From positions 187,178,001-187,242,000 of the forward strand of contig OX597814.1 in assembly GCA_951406725.2 (NCBI GenBank): a stretch of DNA of 64,000 nt. The letters are read 5' to 3'. Within the stretch, counting starts at the first letter, position 1. Each line of letters begins with the position of its first letter. Of this stretch, positions 50,415-63,303 are shown piece after piece. The notes beneath the pieces are model-generated. The model did not search any database and was not told the DNA's origin. It saw only the letters and a list, made by a program, of their open reading frames with translations. The translations under genes and the position numbers were made by a program. This DNA is from Octopus vulgaris (taxonomy: Eukaryota).

Positions 50415-50790
50415 TTTTTATTCAGTCATTTGACTGCAGCCATACTGGAGCACTGCCTTAAAGGGTTTTAGTCAAAGAAATCGACCCCAGGACTTATTCT
50501 TTGTAAATCTAGCACTTATTCTATCAGTCTCTTTTGCAGAACTGCTAAGTTACGGACATAAACACACCAGCATCGGTTGTCAAGTGATGGCAAGGGGGAC
50601 AAACACACACACACACACACACATATATATACAATGGGCTTCTTTCAGTTTCCATCTACCAAATCCACTTACAAGGCTTTGGTCAGCCCGAGGCTATAGT
50701 AGAAGACATTTACCCAAGGTGTCATGCAGTGGGACTGAACCTAGAACCTTGTGGTTGTGAAGCAAGCTTTTTACCATACAGCCACGCCTG
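50415..50790 (-). mobile_element. CORE-like SINE
   Basis: Family match. Confidence 0.88.
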
Positions 50791-51532
50791 AATAACTATT
50801 TATAATTTCTATGTTTCAAGTAAAATATCCATCAAAAATTTATAGCTGACTAACAAATGTAAGGAAAGATGTTCAGATGTAGGAGCACCATCTCTAATAG
50901 CTCATTAAAATCTGTACATTTGCAGAACTATTCAACCAGCACTAAAATGTTGAAATATATGTTGTCAAACCATTTAAAACAAAATAAATTAATAGTTACA
51001 CATCATGGCAAAATATTTACATAAAATTTGTCTTCTAAATATTTCAGAATGTCAAAATTTTTTAATTATATGTCTGAAATCATTTAATATAACGACACAA
51101 CTTGCATGAAAAGAACTCACCCTTGCTATATCTCGGAGGTAATTAATGTTAATAATCAGATCTGATGAACATATAATCAATGTAACTTAAAAAATATTTC
51201 TGAAATGATGGAACCTGTTATATGAAGTAAAACATATATATATAGTTGAAGTAATTAATATCTCTAATGTACATTTTACCGATTACTAGAAATCCGTACG
51301 ATTAGGAATTACATAAGCTATTATCTAAAAGGAAATGATTCATTTGACAAACAGTTCTTTTACACACAATCCCAACTGTAAGGATTGTTTAAACATTGAA
51401 TATCAGTTCATGTGATGCAATGTGCAGATTCTGGGTCAACAATAAGATCATATTAGCTCATCGGACACATCACCATGTCACAGTGGCAACTGCAACTTTT
51501 GAATCACCTTATTTATCTGTGTGTGTGTGTGT

Positions 51533-51590
<58 letters not shown>

Positions 51591-53191
51591 GTGCGTGTGT
51601 GTGCATGTGTGTGTATCTCTTATCGCTCTTACTCAAGGAGCTATATATGTGTGTGTGTGTATGTGTATATATATATATAATATAAGTTATATGATGTGTA
51701 AAAACATGTAATATACAAATAAATATCTGTAAATATAAAACCATCCGAATTTCTGAGTACCTCATTTCTTCTAATATAAAATACCTGTATATCATCTCCA
51801 AACCTATATATATATATATATATATATAAAACAAAACTCCTTGTTATTTTATTTTCCTTCCATGCACCACATTACCCAACCCACCAATGTATAACCCCCC
51901 CCCTGTTTCACCATTCTTATCCACTATCTGACTCTCTGGCACTAATTTTCACTTTCCCTCTTGTTATTCCCTTCCCTAACCCTACCTCTGTTAGTCTATC
52001 CCCTACCACCCACTTTCTACAATAAACCAGTGTAACTCCTATAAGTACTTTCTTGGTCCCTGACAGACTGCCCAACCTGTATAGACACAACAAGCAGACC
52101 TACCTACCCCATCGCTGAGTCCACTCAGCCCAACCTATCATCACTATCTCTATGTCCTTACTTCTCCATCACACTCATTCCTGACATAACTCCTCTACCT
52201 TTCCTTCACCACACCTCTGTTTATTCCATTACTCACAACCTACTGCCAATCCCTCTGTTATTCTCTCCACTGCCATCCTCTTAGAATGATAAATCTATTC
52301 CATTCTTTACTGGGGGAGGGAAGGGCTCTCTTTCACTTTGTGAGATACAAGATGACCCCAACACTGCTGGCACCCCCAAAAGCACCCAGTACAGCTTGAA
52401 GTGGAAGGTAGACAATTTGAGCATTTGAGCAGCAACAACACCAGTCTCAAGAGGGGTTTGTAGATTAGCCAACTGCAAAGAAACCTCTATAGCACTGGGG
52501 TCAAAAATGTGATTCATGTTTAGGAAGGGCCTCCAGCTGTAGAAACCATACCAAAAGTAAGACCCTGGACAAAGGTGTTGTCTTCTGACCCATTGAATCC
52601 CATTGAATCATTCCCCTTCTCTGGTCAACATGTTAACCCTTTTGTGTTCAGATTATTTTGTTAAATGTAATGTTTGTTTATTTTATATACATATAAGAGG
52701 GATGACCATAACATGGACAACCCTTATGCTAGAAGTAGATCCACTATGGTCTTACCACTAAGAAATGTTCTCAAGAAAATTCAGCAAACACCAGAACATA
52801 ATAGAGCAAGACAGATGAGAAATAACAAAAATATAGATTAATCATGGACATGTTTCACTATCAACATTTACATAATTTTACTTATGTAATTTGTCTGTAG
52901 CTCGTCAGCATGTAATGTTTGTTTATTTATATTGTTTTAAATTAACCATGCATTATCTTGTAGTTTACAGATTTCAATGATGTGACTGTTTAGTTTTAGA
53001 ATGACATTGTAGGGATGAGATCAGAGCCCAGATCTGGTCAGTTTCAACATAAACAGGTTAAATATTTTGGTCACATATAAGACTTTGATGCACCCTCTAA
53101 TTCACCACATCCTGTCAAGCCATCCACCCCACACTAACATGGAGGATGGACATTAAGTGATGATGATGGTGGTAATGATGATGATATATAT

Positions 53192-53242
<51 letters not shown>

Positions 53243-53254
53243 ATGTGTGTGTGT

Positions 53255-54262
53255 TTTCTTTTATTCTTTTACCTGTTTCAGTCATTTGACTGCAGCCATG
53301 CTGGAGCACTGTCTTGAGAGGTTTTAATCAAACAAATTGACCCCGGGACTTACTTTTAAGCCTAGTACTTATTCTATCAGTCTCTTTTGCTGAACCACTA
53401 AGTTATGGATGTAAACACAACAACACCGGCTGTCAAACTGTGATGTGGGGAAGAGGACAAACACAGACACAAAGAAACACACACACACACATATATATAT
53501 GACGGGCTTCTTTCAGTTCCCATCTACCAAATCCACTCATAAGGCTTTGGTCAGCCCCAGGCTATAGTAGAAGTCACTTTCCAAAGGTGACATGCAGTGG
53601 GACTGAACCTGAAATCATGTAGTTCAGAAGTAAGCTTCTTATACATATATGTAAATATCATCATCATCCTCATTATCATTTAACATCTGTTTTCCATGCT
53701 GGCTTGGGTTAGACAGCTTGACAGGAACTGGCAAAGCCAGAGGCTGCACCAGGTTCCATAATCTGTTTTGACTTGGTTTCTCCAGTTGGATGCCCTTCCT
53801 AATGCCAAGCACTTTACAGAGTGTACTGGGTGCCACATAGAAGGTACCCAGTATATATATAAAGGCGGTGAACTGGCAGAAACATTAGGATGCCGGGCGA
53901 AGTGCTTAGCGGTATTTCGTCTGAGTTCAAATTCCGCCGAGGTCGACTTTGCCTTTCATCCTTTTGGGGTCGATAAATTAAGTACCAGTTATGCACTGGG
54001 GTCGATGTAATCGACTTAACCCGTTTGTCTGTCCTTGTTTGTCCCTTTGTGTTTAGTCCCTTGTGAGTAGTAAAGAAATAGGTATTTTGTCTGCCGTTAC
54101 TTTCTGACTTCAAATTCCGCTGAGGTCGGCTTTGCCTTTCATCCTTTCGGGATCGATAAATTAAGTACCAGTTTCGCACTGGGGTCGATGTAATCGGCTT
54201 AATCCCTTTGTCTGTCCTTGCTTGTCCCTCTATGTTTAGCCCCTTGTGGGCAGTAAAGAAAT
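53255..54262. mobile_element. Cluster: CORE-like SINE (-), RTE 3' copy (-), Nin SINE dimer (+, 53862-54262)
   Basis: Family matches. Confidence 0.85.
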
Positions 54263-54539
54263 ATATATATATATATTATGTCAGCATAGAAAAATGCAAG
54301 CTGTGTCCTATTGAAGCACATCTGCTTATTCCAGTATTACAATATAGTATGTAGTTGTTGTTGTATTGATGTGAGTTACATGTTAGAGCTGGAAATTCTG
54401 CAAATATTATTTGCAGGGTTATCATATAACAAAATGGGAAGCTGAAAACTTTTTCTGGTAATATTTATTTACCATTGTTTCATTTGCTGATGAGAGTCAC
54501 AAAATTGTACGTGTTAGATAAATGTGCAAGAAATTTCTT

Positions 54540-55090
54540 CAGACAGACGAAAGACCAAGACCTCTGGAGATATGCTATGACCGCAAAGACCTGACAAATG
54601 AAGCGAGTTCATGGCTTTCAGGACGGCTTGCTGTGCTAACTTTGGATCATAGGGCGACCTGCTGTGCTAACTTTGGATCATAGGGTGACCTGCTGTGCTT
54701 GAGGAGACCTATTGAGTCAAGTACATCAACATCAAAATAAAAATCAATGGTAATTGTAGTTGTGATACCCATGCCGGTAGCATGTAAAAAGCATTATCCG
54801 AATGTGGCTGATGCCAGCGCAGCCTTGCCTGGTATCCGTGCCGGTGACATGTAAAAAGCACCAACCAATCGTGGCCATTTGCCAGCTTCTTCTGGCCCCT
54901 GTGCCGGTGGCACGTAAAAAGTACCCACTACACTCATGGAGTGGTTGGCATTAGGAAGGGCATCCAGCAGTAGAAACACTGCCAGATCAGACTGGAGCCT
55001 GGTGCAGCCTCCTGGCTTTCCAGATCCCGGTTGAACCGTCCAACCCATGCTAGCATGGAAAACGGGCATTAATCTATGATGATGATGATA
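54540..55090 (+). mobile_element. RTE LINE 3' end with 32-bp tandem duplication in the UTR
   Basis: TKDQDLWRYAM ORF end; TGCTGTGCTAACTTTGGATCATAGGG.GACC occurs twice. Confidence 0.85.
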
Positions 55091-55098
55091 TATGTGTG

Positions 55099-55148
<50 letters not shown>

Positions 55149-55343
55149 ATTTATATTCAGCCACATTCATGTGTGTTTAAGTACATGCAAAGAATGCTTA
55201 TTTGCATATTTATATATATATATTTACTTATTGAACTGTGCAGCAGACAAGCTACTTGAAAAATATAAATTATCCATGTGACGTAATTGTTTTTGTCCGG
55301 AACTAGCCAGGAAAATACTATTCTTGCCGGTATAAACATTTAC

Positions 55344-55530
55344 AAGTTGAGCAAAATTTAGATTCAAATTAATATTGTACTTAAGTCAGAGGCACCAGAA
55401 TTTTGTATGGTATTATCCATATAAATCCATGGGGTGATTATAATTAAAATAAGCAACACGTATATCTTCGGTAATTTGAAACGATCATACCAAATTACAG
55501 AAGATATACTTGTTGCTCATTTTGAGTATA
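55344..55530. mobile_element. Hairpin-ended short element, copy 2 (loop flipped)
   Basis: Homologous to 42180-42375. Confidence 0.7.
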
Positions 55531-55531
55531 T

Positions 55532-55639
55532 ATACAAATAGGAAAAATAGTACTCAAAACATGAGTATATCATCATTATCATCATCAAACGATGATGATG
55601 ATATACTCATGTTTTGAGTACTAATTTTCCTATTTGTAT
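55532..55639. repeat. Near-perfect inverted repeat (foldback)
   Basis: ATACAAATAGGAAAAATAGTACTCAAAACATGAGTATATCATC... / ...GATGATATACTCATGTTTTGAGTACTAATTTTCCTATTTGTAT. Confidence 0.95.
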
Positions 55640-55646
55640 CACCAAA

Positions 55647-55694
<48 letters not shown>

Positions 55695-55697
<3 letters not shown>

Positions 55698-56880
55698 CAA
55701 ATGGCTGAGACATTTGGCAATATGCCATGCTTGAGTAGAAGAGCCATCAAGCCAAGTGAAATCATTGTCATGGCATTACACTCTTGGAGTGGTTGCCATT
55801 AGGAAAGGCATCCAGCCATAGAAACCATGCCAAATTAGACTGGAGTCTGGTGTAGCTCTTCAGCCCTGGTCAAACTGTCCAACCCATGCCAGCATGGACA
55901 ACAGACATTAAATGTTGATGATGATATATATATACATCATCATCATCATCATCGTTTAACGTCCGCTATCCATGCTAGCATGGGTTGGACGGTTCAACTG
56001 GGGTCTGGCAAGCCCGAAGGCTGCACCAGGCCAGTCAGATCTGGCAGTGTTTCTACAGCTGGATGCCCTTCCTAACGCCAACCACTCCGAGAGTGTAGTG
56101 GGTGATTTTATGTGCCACCGACACAGGTGCCAGACGAGGCTGGCAGACGTCCACGCTCGGATGGTGTTTTTTATGTGCCACCGACACAGGTGCCAGACGA
56201 GGCTGGCTGACGGCCACGCTCGGATGGTGTTTTCTTATGTGTCACCGACACAGGTGCCAGACGGGGCTGGCGGACGGCCACGCTCGGATGGTGTTTGTTA
56301 CGTGCCCTCAGCACGGAGGCCAGTCGTTGCGGTACTGGCTACGATCACGTTCGGATGGTTTTCTTATGTGCCACCGGCACTGGTACCACAAGGATACAAA
56401 TTCCATTGATGTTCATCTATTTTGATTTGGTTCGATTTGATTTGATTTGATTCGATTCGATTCTCACTTGCCTCAACAGGTCTACATATATGGTTAACTG
56501 GCTTCCGTGCCAGTGGCACGTAAAAGGCACCATTCGAGCGTGATCATTACCAGCGTTGCCTTACCGGCACATGAAGAAACATTCAAGCGAGGTCATTGCC
56601 AGTGCCACTGGGTTGGCTCCTGTGCAGGTGGCACGTAAAAAACACCATTTGAGCATGGCCGTTGCCAGTACTGCCTGACTGGCCCTCATGCCAGTGGCAC
56701 GTAAAAGCACCCACTACACTCTCGGAGTGGTTGGCGTTAGGAAGGGCATCCAGCTGTAGAAACTCTGCCAGATCAAGATTGGAGTCTAGTGCAGCCATCT
56801 GGTTTGCCAGTCCTCAGTCAAATCCTCCAACCCATGCTAGCATGGAAAGCGGATGTTAAATGATGATGATGATGATGATA
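55695..56880. mobile_element. Three RTE 3'-end copies in alternating orientation (+,-,+)
   Basis: 55695-55925 (+), 55936-56480 (-), 56495-56880 (+). Confidence 0.85.
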
Positions 56881-56924
56881 TGTATACACACACACACACA
56901 CACATATATACATACATATATAAT

Positions 56925-57535
56925 AGGTGTAGGTGTTGCTATATAGTTAGAACTTTGATTCCCAACCCCATGATTCCATTTTCAGTCCCACTGCATTGCA
57001 CCTTGGGCAAGTGTTTTTTACTATCGGCCTTAGGTCAATGAAAGCCTTATGAGACGATTTGGCAGATGGAAACTGAAAGAAGCCCATCGAATGTATGTAT
57101 GTGTGTATATATATATATATAGGGAGAGTTTATGAAAAAACAAAAGACAAAGACAGGGGGTGTACAAAACAAACAGATATATTAGTATAATGCTCAGGAA
57201 TAGAAAAAGTCTTTTATGTTTCGAGCCTATGCTCCTCTACAGAAAGGGACACAGAAAAATACAAGGAGAGAAGCAAGGTTAGAAAAAAAATGTGTGTAGT
57301 GTCTAACGAGAGTGTGTGTGTGTGTGTGTTTTTGTCCCCCACCACAGCTTGACAACCAATGCTGGTGTATTTACATCTCTATAACTTAGCTGTTCAGCAA
57401 ATAAGACCAATAGAATATGTATCAGGTTTAAAAATAGAAAATTAGTACCGGGGTTGATTTGTTTGATAAAAATTCTTTGCAGCAGTGCCCCAGCATAGCA
57501 GCAGTCTAATGACTGAAACAAATAGAACAAAAGAA
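56925..57535 (+). mobile_element. CORE-like SINE with a Penelope tail (-, 57121-57305) inserted in its microsatellite
   Basis: Family matches. Confidence 0.8.
57211..57246 (-). ncRNA. Minimal hammerhead-like motif, A6U variant
   Basis: CTTT-CTGTAGA-GGAGC ATAG GCTC-GAAA-CA-TA-AAAG: stem I CTTT/AAAG, stem II GAGC/GCTC. Confidence 0.6.
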
Positions 57536-57572
57536 TACCTACAATATATATATACATACATACATACATACA

Positions 57573-57642
<70 letters not shown>

Positions 57643-58297
57643 CACACACACACACACATCTGTATGTGCACAGGTATGTTAATGTATAAATGAGTATGTG
57701 TGCATTTCTCAATATCTGTTTGTACAACATTATATGATAATTTGGTATTCTCTTACATGGAAAATATTCTACTTGCTCAACAATCTCCACACCACTACAG
57801 CATTCTTCACCACCGCTGCCGGCACCGGCACCGCTATCACCGCTGTCATCAACAAACATCATTACTGCTGCCACCACTGCCACCACTACCACCACCATCG
57901 CCATCGTCATCAGTATATCATTGTTGTTGTTGTTGTTGTTGTGAATGCAGCAATCACACTATCTTATTGGTAAAAGAGAGGAAAAAAAAGAAAAGAAAAA
58001 AAAAAGATGAAGCATCAAAACATATACATTTAAGTAAAGCAGATGTTGTTTGAAGTGGGTGTTAGCAGTTGTCAGTTGATGTGAGAAAAGAATAAATAAA
58101 GTTAACAGACAGTTGATTTTTTTTTTTTTAGCTTGTTACACAAACACAAAGTGCATTAAATTGTGTATCGTTGACAGAATCCTTTGATTTGTGTTGCTCT
58201 AGACCTCATTGAAAAGTCTGCGATTTACAGTTCGACTTTGCTTGAGCTTCACACCGTGAATCCTTCCCTCATTGTATGATAGTTCTTTCATAATTTA

Positions 58298-58327
58298 TCA
58301 TCATCGTTGTCATTATCATCATCGTCG

Positions 58328-58391
<64 letters not shown>

Positions 58392-58597
58392 TGTTGTTGT
58401 CACTATCATCATCATCATCATCATCATAACCAATATGAATACTGCAGCACTTTTACCAGCAGCAGTAGCACCACCACCACCACCACCACTCCATTGTCGT
58501 CATCATCATCATTGTCATCATCATTATTGTCATCATCATCATCGTCATCATCATCATCGTCATCATCATCATCATTGTCATCATCATCGTCATCGTC

Positions 58598-58630
<33 letters not shown>

Positions 58631-58682
58631 GTCATCATCATCATTGTCATCATCATCATCATCATCGTCATCACCATCATTG

Positions 58683-58729
<47 letters not shown>

Positions 58730-59100
58730 GTCATTGTTGTCGTTGTCAGGGTCGTTGTCATCATCATCACCATCAACAGCAGCAGCAGCAGAAACAGACG
58801 AAGTGGTGGCAGTAGCAGCATTGGCAGCAGTAGCAACAGCAGTGGCAGCAGCAGTAGCAACAGCAGCTGCAGTGGCAGCAGCAGTGGCAGCAGCATCTTC
58901 CTCATTACTGTTGTTTTTGTTATCATTAGCATCATCAACTGCAACAGCAAAGTTAGCTGTAATATTATCCTCTTTCTTATTATCATCTTTATTATTGCCA
59001 CCACCGCTACCAACAGCACCATCATCATCATCAGCAGCAGCAACTGTAACATTGTTGTTTACCAGTACTGCTATCATTATCATCATCATTATCATCATCA
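58298..59100. repeat. Long compound trinucleotide tract (CAT)n/(CAC)n/(CAG)n
   Basis: Direct reading; explains the poly-His/Ser/Asp/Ala ORFs. Confidence 0.95.
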
Positions 59101-59329
59101 CTATTAGATTCATTAATGGACTTAAATACAATCAGTCAAAGCATCAGAGCAAAATGTCTTACGTCTCACCAGTGAAGTGAGTACTAAGGTCAATTCAATG
59201 GGTTACATCCACCACTCCACACAAACAAAATGTGACTATTTATACTTCTGTCAAAAATCATCATTATGATCACGATCATCATCATCATCATCATCATGGA
59301 AAAGAGAAAGATATGGAGGGAGAGAAGAA

Positions 59330-61249
59330 GGAGGCAGTTGATGGACAGAATTGTCAGAGCATTAGAAAGAACACTTCATGATGTTTTCTCTGACTCTCTG
59401 CACTCTTAAGTCTAAATTCTGTTGAGGTTAACTTATAGAGTGAGGGAAGAACAGAATCATTTGAACTTCAGACAAAATGCTTCGCGGTATTTTTTCTGGC
59501 TCGAGCTGGCAGAAACATTAGCAAGCCAGGCAAAAATGCTGAGTGGTATTTCGTCTACCGCTACGTTCTGAGTTCAAATTCCGCCGAGGTCGACTTTGCC
59601 TTTCATCCTTTCGGGGTCGATAGATTAAGTATCAGTTGCGCACTGGGGTCGATATAATCGACTTAATCCGTTTGTCTGTCCTTGTTTGTCCTCTCTGTGT
59701 TTAGCCCCTTATGGGTAGTAAAGAAATAGGTATTTTTTCTGGCTCTTTATTAAGTGAGTTCAAGTCCCAGTGAAGTCACATTTACCTTTTAACCATTCTA
59801 GAGTTGATGAAATTAAATACAAATGGACTACTGTAGTCAATTTGATTGACTAACTCCCTTGAATATTTTTGGCCTGGCACCTATGTGAGAAACATCATTA
59901 TTATTATTTAGATTAAGGCTGCAAGTTGGTAGGATTATTTTTACACTGGACAAAAGGGTTAGTGGCATTTCTCCCAGTTTTATGTTCTGAGTTTAAATGC
60001 CATCAAGATCGACTTTATCTTTCTGGCAGAAACGTTAGCATGTTAGGTAAAATGCTTAGTGGTATTTTGTCTGCTGCTATGTTCTGAGTTCAAATTCCGC
60101 TGTGGTCGACTTTGCCTTTCATCCTTTCAGGGTCAATTAAATAAGTACCACTGGGGGTCGATATAATCAACTAATCTGTTTGTCTGTCCTTGTTTGTCCC
60201 CTCTGTGTGTAGCCCCTTGTGGGCAGTAAAGAAATAAGATCGACTTTATCCTTTTTTATCCCTTCAGGATCAATAAAAATAAGTACCAGTTGAATTCTGG
60301 GGTCAACGTAATTAACTTCCCCATCCTCTCAAAATTACTAGCTTTGTATCAAAAATTAGAAAGAATTATCATTATCAAGATAGTGGATTGGCAGAATTGC
60401 TGGGGCAGTGGAAAAACTGACTTGTGATATTTGTTTTGGATCCTTACATTCTTAGTTCAAACTCTGCTGAGGTCAGCCTTGCTTTTCATTCTTCCAGGGT
60501 TGATGAAATAAAATAACAACCCCTCACTCAATCACAATTGCTGGCTCGTTCCTAATTTAGAAACACAAAGAGCAGTGGCTAGGCAGAATCCTTTGAACAT
60601 TGGAAAAATACCTTATAGTATTTTGTTTCAGCTCTTTATATTCTGAGTTCAAATCCTGTCAAGATCAACTTTGCCTTTCATTCTTCTGAGGTCAATAAAA
60701 TAATGCACCAGTCAAGTACTGGGGTTGATGGTATTGACTAGTCCTCATCCCTTCAAAAATTCCTGGCCTTGTGGTTAAATTAGAAAAAAAAAGATTATTA
60801 TTATTTTTAGTGGATTGGTAGTCATCAGAGCCTCAGAAAAATGCCTTGTGATATTTCTTTCAGCTCTTTAAGTCCCAAGTTCAAATCTTGTCAAGATTAA
60901 CTTTACTCTTCAACTCCTCAATAAAGTTCCAATTAAGTGCTGGGGTTGTTGTTATAGGCAGGATTTCTCTCAAAAACTGTGAGCCTTACACCTAAATTTG
61001 AAAGAAATATTATTATTATTATTATTATTATTATTTAAGGCAACGAGATGGCAGAATCATTAGCACACTGGATGAAATGCTTAGTGGTATTTCGCCTGTT
61101 GCTATGTTCTCAGTTAAAATTTTATTGAGGTCGACTTTGCCTTTCATCCTTTCAGGGTTGATAAAATATGTACCAGTTGAACACTGGGGTCGATGTAATC
61201 AACTCATCCCTCCCCCAAAATCGCTGCCCTTGTGGAAAAATTTGAAACA

Positions 61250-61314
<65 letters not shown>

Positions 61315-61414
61315 CGTTGAGTAAGAGAGCAGTGCATGCCATCAAAGTGACACTGGGGTAAAATATACAAAGCCCAGTATACACATCATGACTACCTGTC
61401 TGATAAGGGCACAC

Positions 61415-61459
<45 letters not shown>

Positions 61460-61615
61460 GTTCAAATTTTGCTGATGATGACTTTGTCTTTCATTCTTTC
61501 AGGGTTGATGAAATAAGTACCAGCTGAGTACTGAGGGTCAATGCAAAAAATTGTTCCTTTCTCCTAAGAAATTTCAGGCCTTATGCCTGTAGCAGAAAGG
61601 GTTATCATTACTATT
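59330..61615 (+). repeat. Head-to-tail array of old Nin-core SINEs with (ATT)n tails and nested younger copies
   Basis: About 8 successive GGCAGAAT..GAGTTCAAAT..ACTTTGCCTTTCAT units; nested inserts have TSDs. Confidence 0.85.
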
Positions 61616-62109
61616 GTGAAGGCAAATAAGGAGCAGATTTATATGCCTTGAGCTATTTTCTTTCTTATGTCCACTTATATATCTAAGCTGTAATTCCGTC
61701 AGACTCAGCCGTTTATCCTTAAGGAAGTGAATAATAATATAATACAAGTCAAGCACCTGGATCAATTTAATCGACTGTTCTTCCATTAATCTTCGGCTTT
61801 GTGCCAATGTTAAAAGTCATATCTACCTCTGTCTATTATGATTATTAAGTACAGGTTAGTAGTATTAAAAAAAATTGATATTTGAATGACAGCACTCTGG
61901 CTGAAGTTGTCAGCCCCTATTCAATGACCCTACAGTGACAAACTGGCAGAAATCATTGAAAGTGTTCAATAGAATGCTTTGTAGTATTTGTTATGGCTTT
62001 TGTGCTTTTGAGTTAAAATCTTAATGAGGTCAACTTTACTTTTCATTTCTTTAGGGTCCATAAACAAAATACCGTCTATGACTGGACTTTCTCTCTCCTT
62101 CTCTCTCTC

Positions 62110-62337
62110 TCTCTTTACTCTTTTACTTGTTTCAGTCATTTCACTGTGGCCATGCTGGCGCACCACCTTTAGTCTAGCAAATAAACCCCAGGACTTATTC
62201 TTTGTAAGCCTAGTACTTATTCTATTGGTCTCTTTTGCTGAACTGCTAAGTTATGGTAACATAAACACACCAGCATCGGTTGTCAAGTGATGTTGGCGGG
62301 GACAAACACAGACACACAAACATATACACACACACAT

Positions 62338-62384
<47 letters not shown>

Positions 62385-62553
62385 CACATATATACGACGG
62401 GCGTCTTTCAGTTTCTGTCTATCAAACCCACTCACAAGGCTTTGGTTGGCCCGAGGCTATAGTAGAAGACACTTGCCCAAGGTGCCATGCAGTGGGACTG
62501 AACCCAGAACCATGTGGTTCGTAAGCAAGCTACTTACCACACAGCCACTCCTA
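62110..62553 (-). mobile_element. Full-length CORE-like SINE
   Basis: Family match. Confidence 0.9.
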
Positions 62554-62886
62554 AGCCTATTTATCTATTTTAGACAAATAGATAGATAACTATTTCTCAA
62601 ACAAATCAGCAATGCCCAGACCTAGACAAGGATGGGTACTGTCAGGTTCAGATACTCAGGCACCCCTAAGACTCCATCAAGACTTGGTGTTAAAAGCAGA
62701 GCATAATATTCTATCACATTATTCAGCACTTATTTAGCTATTAACAAAACCAGTCTATAGATACTTAATGAAAGATTTTACCAAAATGTAGAGTAGGAAT
62801 CATTGATATGGGCATGAACATCACATAATCTTAATGGTATTCTCAATATAATGTAAGAACTTGGTATTTGCTGGAGGTGGAATATA

Positions 62887-63303
62887 TATTTCTTTATTGC
62901 CCACAAGGGGCTAAACATAGAGGGGACAAACAAGGACAGACAAACAGATTAAGTCGATTACATCGACCCCAGTGCAAAACTGGTACTTAATTTATCGACC
63001 CCGAAAGGATGAAAGGCAAAGTCGACCTCAGTGGAATTTGAACTCAGAACGTAATGACAGACGAAATACCTATTTCTTTATTACCCACAAGGGGTTAAAC
63101 ACAGAGAAGACAAACAAGGACAGACATAGGGATTAAGTCGATTACATTGACCCCAATGCAAAACTGGTACTTAATTTATCGACCCCGAAAGGATGAAAGG
63201 CAAAGTCGACATCGGTGGAATTTGAACTCAGAATGTAACGACAGACGAAATACCGCTAAGGATTTCGCCCGGCACACTAACGTGTCTGCCAGCTTGCTGC
63301 CTT
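62887..63303 (-). mobile_element. Nin-core SINE dimer with a single 16-bp TSD
   Basis: CTGGAGGTG(G/A)AATATA at 62871-62886 and 63304-63319. Confidence 0.9.

Noticed and set aside
58272-59180. 302-aa and 235-aa ORFs rich in His/Ser/Ala/Asp
   Set aside because: By-product of trinucleotide repeats being stop-free in several frames on both strands.
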